Origin: Octopus vulgaris
Taxonomy: Eukaryota
Length of the DNA: 64,000 nucleotides
Reading direction: 5' to 3'
Assembly (NCBI GenBank): GCA_951406725.2
Contig: OX597820.1
Location: 72,292,001 to 72,356,000 of the forward strand
Shown here piece after piece: positions 51,616-64,000 of the stretch (the first letter of the stretch is position 1; every line of letters starts with the position of its first letter). The position numbers were made by a program, and so were the translations under genes. Below the pieces are notes generated by a model. That model was not told the DNA's origin, made no database searches, and worked only from the letters and a program-made list of their open reading frames with translations.

Positions 51616-52300
51616 TTGTGTGAGTGTGTATGTGTGTGTGTATATATATATGTATATGTGTGTGTATGTGTATATGTATATATATATATATATATATGAG
51701 TGTAAGACTGTGTCCAGTGTATATGTGCAACTTTCATGCACACGCCCCTCATTTATACAGATATGCTGATGTCTACATATATGCAGGAGTGTATATGTAT
51801 GTCTGTATATATATATTTATACATATGTCTAAATATATATGTATTATGTTACGTGAATGTATGTAAGCACCTATGTGCATATGAGGATGAGGTTGAGTAT
51901 ACACACACACACATATATATATACATGTGTGTGTGTGCGTGTGGATATGTGTGTATGTGCATGTACCTATACATGTTTGTGTGTAGGTATGTAGACGTTG
52001 TGAACACAAGCGGTTAATGTCTATGTATTGTCAGAATATGGTTGCATGTATTTTTTATCTTTTTCCTTTTTCTACCTATAAGAGTAACTTTTGTTTTATT
52101 CAACGGTTCTTCATAGCGTCTAGCCAACAAAATGTATCGTAGCTCTTCGTTCCAACATTCAAAACTCAGAGTGCTATAATGACAACCTTTTAGTGTTTGT
52201 TCTAAATTATAACATATATAAATAATCCTCTAATTATCTAATATCAAGGTCTCATTCTTTTGTTGTTAGTTTTTATTATTATTATACATGTATATATATA

Positions 52301-52690
52301 CTAGCAGTATCACCCGACGTTGCTCGGGTTCGTTTCGACCATTTAGAATTGGAATTTTTGAAAATTAAAATTTTGCATTATGTAGCTTGTTATTCTCTTT
52401 AAGTGAACATTTTACTGGTTGAAATACACCGAAAAATGGCGACACAGCAGTCAAAAAATTGTAAAAAATAGGGATTTTCATAGAAAAAAAAAGCACCTTT
52501 TTGATGTAAATGACTTTTGGTGTTAACATGGTCCGATTTGAATTTTATCTTCTATGGAATGAAGAGCAAGCCTTCTTTTATCATACTCTCAATTTTGGTC
52601 AACTTGTGACGCAGGGTCTTGGAGGAAATAGTGTTAGTTGAAGGCTACCAAACCTGCCACACACAGACAACTTCAGCTTTATATATATAT
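52301..52690 (-). mobile_element. Non-autonomous Helitron
   Basis: Minus-strand 3' end: hairpin CCCGA-GCAACG-TCGGG, 8 nt, CTAG|T; 5' end (TA)nAAGCTGAAGTTGTCTGTGTGTGG. Confidence 0.85.
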
Positions 52691-55600
52691 ATATCTTCAT
52701 TACAATATCATAAATCAGAAGAGCATACCCTATAAAATATAGAGCAGTTGTAAATTGTGTATAGCAGAAAGATATATTATCCTCATGAACTCACATGATC
52801 CAGGAGGCTACCTGAACTCCAGGAAGTAAGCTGTGGGGAGTTTTCCACATTTTTGGAAACTTTTACTTCAAAATTGGAAAACCTAGCTATCAAGCAAAGA
52901 AAGACAACTCGCCTGGCCATAATTTTTTAAGAGGAATATTTCTTGAACTATCACTGGCGTTGTTGTGTTTAAAAAAACATTCTTTGCAGAGAATGGTTAT
53001 CGTTTAGAGAAACTGAAGAGATGTCTAGTTCACACTAGATATGAAATCAATGGCTTTTTTCTGGACTATTATGTTACACATATCAAAAAAATATATATGT
53101 GTACATATACATATATATATACACAAACACACACAGATGTATGCGTGTACAGAATGGATTTCATTCAGTTTCCATTTACCAAATTCACTCACAAGGATTT
53201 AGCCACCTCACTGTTATAGTAGAAGATATTTGCTCAAAGTACCTTGCTGTGGGACTGAATTTGACACCACATGGTTATGTATTGAAATATGAGTTCATTC
53301 CTAGGAATAAACTTATTTAAATAGTAGAATAAGATCGATAGTCAGACAATTATTCTGAAATACCAATAAAAACAATTCAATTGCTCCATATCTCAAACTG
53401 CAACAAAAACCAACCTCGATGAGTCTATCTTTGCAGTGAAGAATATAGATAGAAATTTTACTAAGGTAAAATTTCAAATCCCATATAAGTCAGCTGTAGA
53501 TCCTGCCAAAATCATCATTGCCTTTTATTCTTTTGGGGCTAATAAAATGAAATATCTATCAGAGCCATCCTAGTAGCATTATAGGACCCCAGGTGAATCA
53601 ATGCAATGAGGAATATGTATTTATTCACTGACAGCAAGCCACTTATATGGATCAAAATTAGGTCCCTAAACTTGTGAGGTCACTGGGCAACACTCCACAC
53701 ACATATGTATTTCATATCATTTTTAATGTCCACTTTCCATGCTGGAATATGTCAGATGGAATTCTTTGGAGCAGACTCTCTATGGCTGGATGCCCTTCCA
53801 GTCATTAACCCTCACTTGCTTCCAAGCAAGGAAGACTGGAAAGTTATAAGCAAGTGTTGCTGCTTGTATGGTAGAGACACCTGTTTATAATTTTTGTGTG
53901 ATGTTCAGATGAGACGGTTCAAACACTGAAATGTGGGTGGAATATACTAAATGTGCATTCTGTAAAGTGGTTGGAGTTAGGAAGGGCATCCAGCTGTAGA
54001 AACCATGCAAAATCAGGCTGGAGTCTGGTGCAACTCCTGAGCTTGCCAGCTTTGGTCACACCGTCCAACCCGTGCCAACATGGACAATGGATGTTAAATG
54101 ATGATGATATATATACATATATGTGCATGTGTACAAAGCTTTGCTTGGTTCTGAGCTTTAATAGAAGACACTTGATTAAGGGTGCCACAGTGGGATTGAA
54201 CCTTAAATCTATGAGACCATGTGGTTATATTGCAAACGCCTTAACCATAGACCCATGCTTGTGCTATGTATATATATATATATAAATACATACATATATA
54301 TATGTATGTTTATTTATCTATCTAGCTAGCTATGTATCTATCTGTCCATCCATCCATCTATCTATCTGTCTGTCTGTCTCTCTCACTCTCTCTCTCTCTC
54401 TATATGTATATATATATATAAACATACATAAATGTATACACATATATTTTATTTATTTATTCATAACCAACACTATTGGCAGTCTCATAATTATTGATCA
54501 ATAAGATCAATAAGTATTATCACAGCAGCTCAACACTGCTTTAAACAATCCCTTCTCTCAATTCAGTTCCATTTACTATAGATACTATCGCTGCAATAAC
54601 GCCACCTCTTTCATGATTCCATAACAGTTCTTAAGATGGCACATGCTCTTACATCATACTTCTAAATTTTTAAATACATCCCCTTTTACGTTTGTGTTAT
54701 GGTAAGCAGTGTAAAATGTGATGAGAATAATATTGAGCACATCATTTCATTTAGTTTTATCTGTCATTCTTGCTTTCCTAAATAAAACAATTCCTTTATA
54801 CATCTTTATTCTGCTAGAATTCTATTAATTTCTTGAGGGCAAACATTGTATTAAAAATAGGTTTCAATCACGCAAATTTTGAAATAGCATTTATTACTGC
54901 CTGTTTTAGGGAGAAAACAAAAATATAAAAATAAAACACACACACACAAAAAAGAAAAAAATTGATATTTTCAGTCACAATATCTTTATTTATTTATTAT
55001 TTATTCATTTATTTATTTACTGTCTTTCATGACTTTTGACAAAGCCATCAGGCTTGCACTTGTCAAAAAATTCTTGCAGAACTGGTAAAAAGAGACAAAT
55101 ACATTACAAAGAAGACTAAAAGGAATTTCTGATTGGTTGCTTCTTCATGACTCTATTTGTTCAACATATGTTGGCTGCTGTTCACGTATTTGAAACAGGC
55201 TTTCTCTTTTTTTTTTCTTTTAAATCACTTGCATGAACCAACCATTGTGCATCATATATAAATTTCAAGTCTCTCAGAGATATTGTTATTAAAAAAAAAA
55301 AGAAATTTCAGTAAGAATTTTAAATGATTCCATAAATATTGTCTGTAAGTAATTCATTTATACAAATAATACTTTCTCATTGTCATACTTTTATTATTAT
55401 TCTGAATAAAAAAATCTTAACCCTTTTTGATATCAACATGTCTAGAACATCTGATGATCCAATGGTACAAAGCTATCTGCTATAATGAGTCCATAATTTT
55501 AGTAAAAAAAAAACCTTCCATCATAATTTTATGTAGTAAACTTGTAAAGAGGTGTTCCTGACATCAGCTTGATAGTAACAAGAAAATTACTGTATTAAAT

Positions 55601-56107
55601 CTCTCCAAATTCTCAATTATCTTCAAAATCAATTGAAATACAAACAGTAGCATATTTCATTAGAAATAGGAGAGACAATAGAGGTGCATGGCTAAATGGT
55701 AAGAAGCTTGCTTCCAAACCATGCGATTTGGGTTCAGTCCTGTGGTGTGGCACCTTAAGCAAGTATCTAATTTTATATATGGAGTTCGTAGATGGGAACT
55801 GAAAGAAGGGTACAGTGCATACATATACATATATATATCATCATCATCATCATTGCTTAATGTCTGCTATCCATACTGGCATGGGTTGGACGGTTTGACT
55901 GAGGACTGGTAAGCCAGGAGGCCACACAAGGCTCCAATCTGATCTGGCCAGGTTTCTACAGCTGGATGCCCTTCCTAATGCCAGCCAGTCTGAGAATGTA
56001 GTGGTTGTTTTTTACATGTCACCAGCATGTCAGGCGGCACTGGCATCAACCACATGCGAATGGTGCTCTTTATGTGCCACCAACATGGGAGCCAGTCAAA
56101 TATATAA

Positions 56108-56925
56108 ATATAAAAGAAAAAGAAAAAAATGGAGAAATTGACATATAGACATCAATTTATTGAAATAAATCCAATTTCGAACAATATCACTCATAGAACT
56201 CAGAATTGTTTCCATGGGCAATCAATTCAAATTAGAAAAATTAAATTAAAGATTCATAATGAATTATAGTTAATTGAACATTTCGTCAGGGTCAGAACTT
56301 GATAGAAAAAGGAACTACATTCCAATGTGTCGATTTATCAATGGTAGACTCAGCATTAATATAGATATGTGTGCTTGTACATTCTAATGTATTTTTAAGC
56401 AACTATTACATGTGTATATGCAACTTTGTCCTTATATATTTGTGCGTGTGTATGTGTTAATGTGTTGAAAAACAAAGGAGCCATTAAGTTGCTTAAATGA
56501 TATTTTGATACAGTTAATTGTAATTAAAAACATTTATTCCTAATTTTCATTATTACTTGTGAGATACGAAATGTCAGCAAAGTTTATTAATCACTTACGA
56601 ATTATATTGCAAGTCACCTAGTTATAACCTATGGTATTAATAATTAAATACTAATTTCTTATTTCTATAATTTAAAACATAAATCATAATTATTTTAACT
56701 ACGTACCACTTGACCATGATGAAACTCAATCTGTTTACATAACAAGGTAGCCGTATATTACTTCAATAAGACTTGCGTAGAATATATATTTTGTTAATTT
56801 GAATTAATTGATTGGACATGGAAACAATTGAAAGTTCTATGAGTTTGATATTGTTCAAAATTGGATTTTTTTCAATAAATTGATGTCTATATGTCAATTT
56901 CTCCATTTTCATCTTTTTCTTATAC
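56108..56925. repeat. About 125-bp inverted repeat pair (56108-56235 / 56795-56925)
   Basis: AATGGAGAAATTGACATATAGACATCAATTTATTGAAA... and its reverse complement. Confidence 0.85.
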
Positions 56926-57082
56926 ATAAATGGTAACATACCAATATCTGTCAATGTGAAGCTAACAACTTTTAGTATTTCACTGATACACTGGATAAAA
57001 CTGGGGAACTTCAATGCTAATATCCCTTAAAGAGGTATTTATTTCCTTGAAATAATTGATTTATATATATATAAATATATGT

Positions 57083-57230
57083 ATATTATATACAGGGCAT
57101 TACTATACACAAATGCTGCATGCTAGGAGGGACTCTTAAAGTCAAAACTACTATTATTTTGGTAGTTTTGACTTTAAGAGTCCCTCCTAGTGTGTGGCAT
57201 TTATGTGTAATAGTGCTCTCTATATAATAT
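57083..57230. repeat. Hairpin with perfect 29-bp stem
   Basis: 57123-57151 pairs with 57162-57190, 10-nt loop, imperfect extension on both sides. Confidence 0.92.
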
Positions 57231-57344
57231 AAATAAATAAATATATTTAAGAGAAAAATTGGTGGATTTTTCTCTTATGAGGTTTTTCACGCTAACTACT
57301 TGATAAATTCTTATAAAGATTTTATCCTATTTTTAAATTATATA

Positions 57345-57639
57345 TATATATATAAAAGAGAGTTTGTATGTGTGTGTGTGCATATGTTCCATATGCATTC
57401 TAAAACCAAGTTACTGATTTTGATGTATGGGGTATGAGAAAGATCCTGTATTATTTCCACTACCAACTAAGTTTTTTTTGTTCATTCACATATTTGCATT
57501 AAAAAACTTTAACATTATAATCTTCTCCGCAAGTCAACTATTGTAAATATTTTATACAACGAAGATGACCATGGCATCACATTTTCTATATGAGTATGTA
57601 CCTTAAAAGACAGCCATCATCACAACACACACTTTCACT

Positions 57640-57685
<46 letters not shown>

Positions 57686-60600
57686 TGTCCATTTCATATA
57701 CATGTACATACATCTTTCACTTTCTCATCTCCTTCACTTACTGCTCTCTCTCCCCTTTTCACTTTCTCATTTCTTTCAATTTCTGCTCTCTTCAAAGTAT
57801 AAACAAATAAATTTTTACGGAACGAGCAAGTGAAACACAGAATGAGAAAAAGACAGAGAGAGACAAGAGAAAGAAACAGAGACGGAAAAACAAGTTTCTA
57901 TAGGAGAAGATGAAAGACAGGGATAGCGGGTGAGAGAGAAATGCTGATGTTTCATACCCTATGTATACTCTATAGTAGAAAGCGAAAGAAAGCCGACAGA
58001 AAGTTGGTACTGTATGTAGGTGAAGGTGAAAGAAAGCGGGAGAGAAGGAGATGCTGAGAACCCCAGAAATGAGATCAGGTCGCACAAATTTCAGGGCATT
58101 TTCACTTTCATCCCATGTTTCACACATGTGTAGAATTAGCCATTATCTTTTCCTTTCAATTTTTTTATTATAATGTATGGAGACCTTATGCTGTCAACAT
58201 ATTACAACTTCACTACATTTCTTTCTTTTGGAATTAAGAAAGGTATGCAAAAATAACTTTCTTTGACACACACACACACACACACACAGAGTTAAAGTTC
58301 TGTATGAATTATGTTATTTCTTGCTGTGCACTAAATTACAGCTCAAATCCCACGGAAATTACATTTTCCTAGTCTGTCATTCCTGTTTGTGATGATAATA
58401 TTTCAAAACCTGATCTTCCATCTAAATTTACAAGGAAGTTATTTCAGAAATGCTGTCCTTTACCTGCTGTTTCTAGCATGTCTGAGATGACATCTGTGTA
58501 TCCTGCCCCCTTATTTCTTTCATCAATTTACTCACATTCCTATGTTTTCCATACAGGAGATTTGCATTTCACCCGAAAGCGAATAGCTGATGGGTGGCCT
58601 GGGGGGAAGGGGCATTCAGTATTTCTTTCAGAAAAATTAAACTTTCAGAAACAAATTCTATTTCCCATATTCGTAATCTCTGTATTTTTCCAGATGGATA
58701 AAAAACAAAATTCAAGAAACAGTAAAAAATTAGGAAATTTCAGTGGGGAGTGAGGAAATTATAATTCTGAAAACATGATTTCTGGGCAAAATCATATTAA
58801 CCCATTTTTATTCGATGAAACAATACATAGTTTGTGATCCCTTTTTAAAATATATATCACTTTCATGCAAATTGTACCCACCACTTCACTGCTGGACAAA
58901 CAATAGCTTCCATTATGCCAGTAATCCACTCCACTATGTATCAGCTAATAGAATGCATTATGATTATCACCACAGAACATAGTCAAATCATTCAGAGTTT
59001 ACTGCTTCTTCTCATAATAACAGTATACAAATCGACATGAATTTTTCTACATCTTTTTATTTGCTACTAAAAAATGAAATTATACAATGCACACCTTCAA
59101 ATTGCTATGTCTTCCATCTTATATGTTCCTTAATCATTCGCTCTTTTCAGCCATGCCACCAAAATGAAGACTTTCTAATTTATCTCCAAAACAAGGGCTG
59201 CAAAGGAAACTGCCTCTATTCGTGTCCAAGAAAACTCACATCAGTGCTGTCCAAATGTACAATATTTTAAAATGATCATGGATGGTGGAAGTTCTGCTCC
59301 AAACTACACTTATTGTCTGGGATAAATGCATGATGGCACACTGTGGTGCACAAGAAGCCTGAGATAGGTCACTAAGAGATATTAGAAACAATACTGCCAT
59401 TATAGGGGGCTTAACTGTTGTTCTCACAGGGGATTTCCATCAAATATTACCACAGGGTACGTGAGCTGACGAGATCTATGCCTGTCTGAAGTCTTCACCT
59501 CTGTGGAAGTTTGCTCGTCAGCTTTAATTAAGCAAGAATATGTGAGCTCATCTCTTCAACAACCCCTTAGCTGAAGAATTCTTTCATCAACTTCTACAAT
59601 TTGGAAATGATGCCTTACCATTGAATAACACCCTGTAACAGCATGTACTGCAATGTGAGCACATGATGTCTACATTGGCTGAGCTTAAAGAAAAGGTATT
59701 TCCCATATTGCAAGACAACTTCAAAAGCATAGCATGCTTCACAGAGAGAGCTATTTTACCAACTTGGAATGAAAGCGTTGATAAAGTAAACCATGAATTC
59801 CTCCACATTCTACCTAGAGATGCTTCAATGTTTGTCTCCATTGATACTACCATCGATGAACATGCCAATGTTGAGTATGCAGTTGAATTTCTCAACTCTC
59901 TACAGGACTGCCACCATATAAGTTGTTCCTAAAGAAAGGTGCACTTATCACGCTCTTGAGGAATTTGGACTCACCACGACTATGCAAGGTACAAGATTGA
60001 CTGTAACTACAATAACAAGTCATGTCCTTGAAGCAACCAATATTGCCAGCTGCCCTCAAGGAGAGACCGCATACATTCCACGCATGCCCCTTATTCCCTC
60101 AAATGTGCCATTTCAATTCAAGTGCCTCCAGTTCCCAGTGCGATGGTGCTTCACTATGACAATCAACAAAGCCCAGGGTCAAACTTTAAAAATTGTCGGT
60201 CTCAATCTACAAATACTCTACTTTTCTCATGGACAACTATATGTCGTATGCTCTCGAGTTAGCAGTGCAGATGAATTGTATATTTATTCTACCAACACTG
60301 GACTTACGCAAAACATAGTTAACCTAGAACCATTATCGGTTTCACTTAACGTATGTTGAAGTGTGCAGTCTGCCCAAACATTACAGATGATTCTTTTTAC
60401 AACGAAGCAGCTTTCATTCCATGTACCTTACTTTCTGCAATACAGATACCTCTACATCCTCATACATCATCTAATTCTTTACATCTGTGAGTCTAGGTCA
60501 TTTTGGGGGCAATGTTAGGATTTCATTCTAATCTAAGCTGCCGTTCTACATGTTTTTGGTGCCAACAATTTCAGCATTTTTCATCATAAAATGACTGAAA

Positions 60601-60724
60601 AATGTTTGTAAAGAAGTTGTTTGCTTTACACACTATGTGGGCTGATTCAGCCCATAAGAAAGAAATGAATAATATAATGTAGCTGTAGGTTATAATACCC
60701 AGGCAACGCCAGGATGCATTGCAA

Positions 60725-60725
<1 letters not shown>
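57345..60725 (+). mobile_element. Degenerate Helitron
   Basis: 5' (TA)nAAAGAGAGTTTGTATGTGTG; PIF1 relic; decayed 3' terminus CCCAGGCAACGCCAGG...GCAAG|T. Boundaries are inferred. Confidence 0.65.
59285..60340 (+). pseudogene. Helitron RepHel PIF1-family helicase fragment
   Basis: LIVWDKCMMAH, GGLTVVLTGDFHQILP, ERAILPTWNESV, VEFLNSL, QGTRL, IPRMPLIPS, QFPVRWCFTMTINKAQGQTL, FSHGQLYVVCSRV; multiple stops and frameshifts. Confidence 0.95.
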
Positions 60726-60764
<39 letters not shown>

Positions 60765-61016
60765 GGTTCAAAATTACACAAAAAACCAAACACAGAATAA
60801 CAAAGTGAATTTCTTTGACACTCAGGAAAAATAGGAGAAGTCTTTGTTGTTTCTAGTTTATACTCTTCTATAGAAGGGAATGAAGAGAGAGAAAAAAAAC
60901 ATGTCTGGATTAATAGTTGCACATGTTGAATATATATATGTATATACATTTTAAGTAGTCTGTTCAATAACACTTTTTAGAATGTGTTTTTCTGCAGACT
61001 TACAAACAACTGACTG

Positions 61017-61058
<42 letters not shown>

Positions 61059-61059
<1 letters not shown>

Positions 61060-61640
61060 TAGCAGCTAAGCCTGGTTTCACCCAGTCTGTTTGGATGATG
61101 TGGCTGTGATCGTCTTAGGTTAGGCATAATCTATAACAGCATTTCTCAACCTTATCATTTCAGGTCCCTTGTTTCAATTGGAGCCTCCAGCTGTATGAAA
61201 ATTTCCTGACTACCCAATCCTTGTCAGAAAATAGCTTCAGTCGCGAAGAACAAATTTATACGTAGTCTGTTTCTGAGAGCTATTCTATTGGACCTCTGTC
61301 TAATCATTAAAACATTGATTTAATTATGAACATGGAAAGAAATCATACATTAATCCCTATTTTTGTAAGCAGTTGTATCCGTAAAAATTATATTTGCAGA
61401 GAGCAGAAATTGAAAGAAGATACTTGAACTGGACGCATGTGTGTATGTGAGAGAGAAAGAGGGTGAGAAAGAGAGATAGAGTGAGTAAGTGAAGGTGTTT
61501 GTCACGATGATTGACGTCTTTTAAGGTACACAAACATACATAAAAAATGCAAGATCATCGTGTAAAATTTTTATGATAGTTGATTTATGGAAAAGATTAT
61601 GTTAAATTTTTGAAATGCAAATATGTGAATGAAAATTAAG
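61059..61640 (-). mobile_element. Non-autonomous Helitron remnant
   Basis: CTAG at 61059-61062 next to (TA)n with a decayed hairpin; 61480-61635 is an inverted homolog of 57480-57645. Confidence 0.7.
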
Positions 61641-61961
61641 TCTAAACCTCTACATAGGAGCTAGACCTGGTAGAAATAGCAGCCAAATCTCCCTCAAAAC
61701 ATCCTACTGTTTTAATCTGACAATTCTGCCTATTATGTAGTTTTAATGAGAAACTGTAACTAAAGATTAAGATCATTAACCCAACAAAGAGGTGAAAGAA
61801 GAGAGACAGCATAGCAAAAGTTTTTGCTGATTGTCATCCTGTACTCCCCTTATTGCTAGCAAAATGGTATATGCCGACTGTGTGAGCAACTGGTTGTTTT
61901 AATGGTGGAACAAATAGGGGAATTCCATTAGAAAAAGTTTTAATTGATTTTCTCGGTAACT

Positions 61962-62562
61962 ATGGGTTGGATGGTTTGACTAAGGACTAGCAAGCCAAGA
62001 GGCTGCACCACACTCCAATCTGATCTGGCAAGGTTTCTACAGCTGGATGCCCTTCCTAATGCCAACCACTCCGAGTGTGTAGTGAGTGCTTTTTACATGC
62101 TACCTGCATGGGAGCTAGTCAGGTGGCACTGACATCAACCACACTTGAATAGTGTTTTTTACTTGCCACCAGCACTGGCATCGGCCACACTCAAATGGTG
62201 CTTTTTATGTGCCACCAGTATAAGTGCCAGTGAAATGGCACCAGCATCAGTCACAACAACAATTTCACTTGACTCAACAAGTCTTCTCAAGTACAACATA
62301 TAGCCTGATGATTTAATGGTACTTTTAAAAAGGGCCGGTTATGCGACACTGGCATTGGCCATGACTATGATATCACTTGGATTGCCGGGTCTTCTCATGC
62401 ACAGCATATCTCTAAAGGCCTTGGTCACTTGTCATTACCTCTGTGAGGCCCAATGTTTGAAGGTCGTGCTTCACCACCTCATCCCTAGTCTTCCTGGGTC
62501 TATCTCTTCCACAGGTTCCCTCCACTGTTAGGGTGTGACACATCTTCACACAGCTGTCCTCA
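61962..62562 (-). mobile_element. RTE 3' end fragment
   Basis: EDSCVKMCHTLTVEGTCGRDRPRKTRDEVVKHDL plus 3' UTR repeats. Confidence 0.85.
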
Positions 62563-62568
62563 TATATA

Positions 62569-63263
62569 TCTTTATATATATAAAACTGAGAATGTGTGTC
62601 TGCCTGTCTGTCTGTGTGTTTCCCTAAAACTTGAGAACTACACAACCAATTTCATTCAAATTTTACACATGCCTTACTTAGGGTCCAGGGAGTGTCATCA
62701 GCAAAACAAATCTTGAACTTTTTGCCTAGGGTGAGCCCACAGCAATATCATATCTTCTCCACTACGATTCCCTAAAACTTGAGAACTACACAACCAATTC
62801 CATTCAAATTTTACACATGCCTTACTTAGGGTCCATGTAGTTTCATGGGCAAAAAAATGTTTAACTTCTTGCCTAGAGCGAGCCCATAGCAATATCATAT
62901 CTTCTCCATTATTTCAGTATTGCGTGTTAAAAGTGAAACAAAAACATTTCTCTATTTTATGTCAGATAATTTCACTTTAACAATAAAAATAATAATAACA
63001 ATTGAATTATATGTAGTAAGTAATAATTAAAATCAAACTAAAGTATAATATAAGCGTAACATAACAAAAGTAAAAATAGCAATTGGTATAAAATTGCATC
63101 AATGATTTGAACTTGGATAAGTGGTTTTACATGAATGGGAATAAATCAAAAGTAAAATTAGCGTGCAGAAATGGAATAGTCCAGATGGATAATAAAAAAT
63201 TAAATTAAAGAAAAGACTATTGTCTATAAAGTATACAATGTAGAGAAAAAAGAAGATTTGAAC
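62569..63263 (+). mobile_element. Helitron-like composite element, copy 2
   Basis: A|TCTTTATATATATAAAACTGAG start; 148-bp tandem units at 62622 and 62770; lacks the segment equivalent to 961-1527. Confidence 0.7.
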
Positions 63264-64000
63264 GAATCGGTCGTGTTTTTTTGCGCTCTGTAAAACTCGG
63301 TTAAAAAAGAAAAAAGAACAAAAAGTATTGTTGTTGTAGAAATTTTGAACGTCGTTGATGCGGTTTCGCGTTACACGGGTTCTACGAGTTACACTTTTTC
63401 TGTTCGGGCGGCCGTTTGCGGTCTGTCAGACAGAAGGAAATGGACTTTGATTCCCTATCAGACTTGTCTACGTCTGAGGAGGAACTGGAACAGGCAGTGA
63501 GAATGATGGATCGAAAGCTAGGTTATACCTATGCCGGTGTAACCAAGAAGGCGGAAGAGAAAGGGGTGGACTTGGCCAAGCTGCCAAGTTACCAGAAATA
63601 TATGAAAAAGGATAGCGGTGAGGTCGAACTAGCACCGACACCCAAGAGAAAAGAATGGTATGATAAAAGGACCATTATATACAGGGTGTTCGCAAACGAA
63701 AGGAAGAAGATAGAAGTTGTAAACATGGAGTGGATAGAGGAGGCGCTGAGAAGAACGGAGGAGGAAATTAATTTTCTGACTCGAGGATCAAAGTATGGTA
63801 CTGTAGTGGTACAGTTTAAAAGTGAGAATGCAGCAAGGAAGATGGCAGCGAAGGCGGTGAAATCCGAGAAGGTAACTCTTTTGCCTACATATCTAAATAG
63901 AAGGATTACACGAGTAAGGGTGGAGGGAGTGCCACCAAACGTTGAGGCAGAGTGGATTGTGGCGGCTGTGATCAGCGGCCACGAGGAGGAAGTGGATATT
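63264..64000 (+). mobile_element. 5' end of a young LINE (L1/Tx1-like), running off the window
   Basis: Abrupt shift to a CpG-rich leader followed by an uninterrupted ORF. Confidence 0.7.
63440..64000 (+). CDS. LINE ORF1-like protein, partial (187 codons, open at the window edge; absent from the ORF track)
   Basis: MDFDSLSDLSTSEEELEQAV...KRTIIYRVF...TRGSKYGTVVVQFKSENAA...RRITRVRVEGVPPNVEAEWIVAAV; pattern resembles the RRM-like region of L1/Tx1 ORF1. Confidence 0.8.
   Translation, partial: MDFDSLSDLSTSEEELEQAVRMMDRKLGYTYAGVTKKAEEKGVDLAKLPSYQKYMKKDSGEVELAPTPKRKEWYDKRTIIYRVFANERKKIEVVNMEWIEEALRRTEEEINFLTRGSKYGTVVVQFKSENAARKMAAKAVKSEKVTLLPTYLNRRITRVRVEGVPPNVEAEWIVAAVISGHEEEVDI

Larger units (their letters stand above)
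50131..52215 (-). mobile_element. Penelope-like element: inverted 5' pseudo-LTR, truncated ORF, 3' pseudo-LTR
   Basis: 50131-50860 is inverted at about 51690-52215 around a GIY-YIG endonuclease fragment. Confidence 0.88.

Noticed and set aside
59285-60340. Host PIF1 gene
   Set aside because: Intronless, many stops, with Helitron-type motifs and termini.

Overview
Very AT-rich, microsatellite-dense animal genomic DNA with no prokaryotic features. The repeat inventory (tRNA-headed SINEs with internal microsatellites, RTE LINEs with (ATG)n tails, abundant (TA)n/(TACA)n) suggests a cephalopod, probably Octopus; this is my inference. I cannot support any complete host gene, only weak minus-strand exon candidates. 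The window is a nested transposon landscape: RTE LINEs (one near-intact RT with an embedded PHD finger), an R4/Dong-type endonuclease remnant, three maT/DD37D copies, mariner, Tc1, piggyBac-type and Merlin/MULE-like non-autonomous elements, Helitrons (one PIF1 helicase relic), Penelope-like elements with inverted arms, and three to four SINE families. Highlights: (1) a Helitron-like element present at both window ends carries a captured LINE ORF1 fragment, and in the right copy a young LINE with a homologous, open ORF1 begins inside that fragment; (2) several type I hammerhead-ribozyme motifs, two with a CCGA variant core; (3) a C4HC3 PHD finger inside an RT domain; (4) a fold-back mariner made of two 3' ends; (5) a 173-bp local templated insertion. 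Most ORF-track entries are microsatellite artefacts. Coordinates were read by eye, so ends of decayed repeats are approximate.
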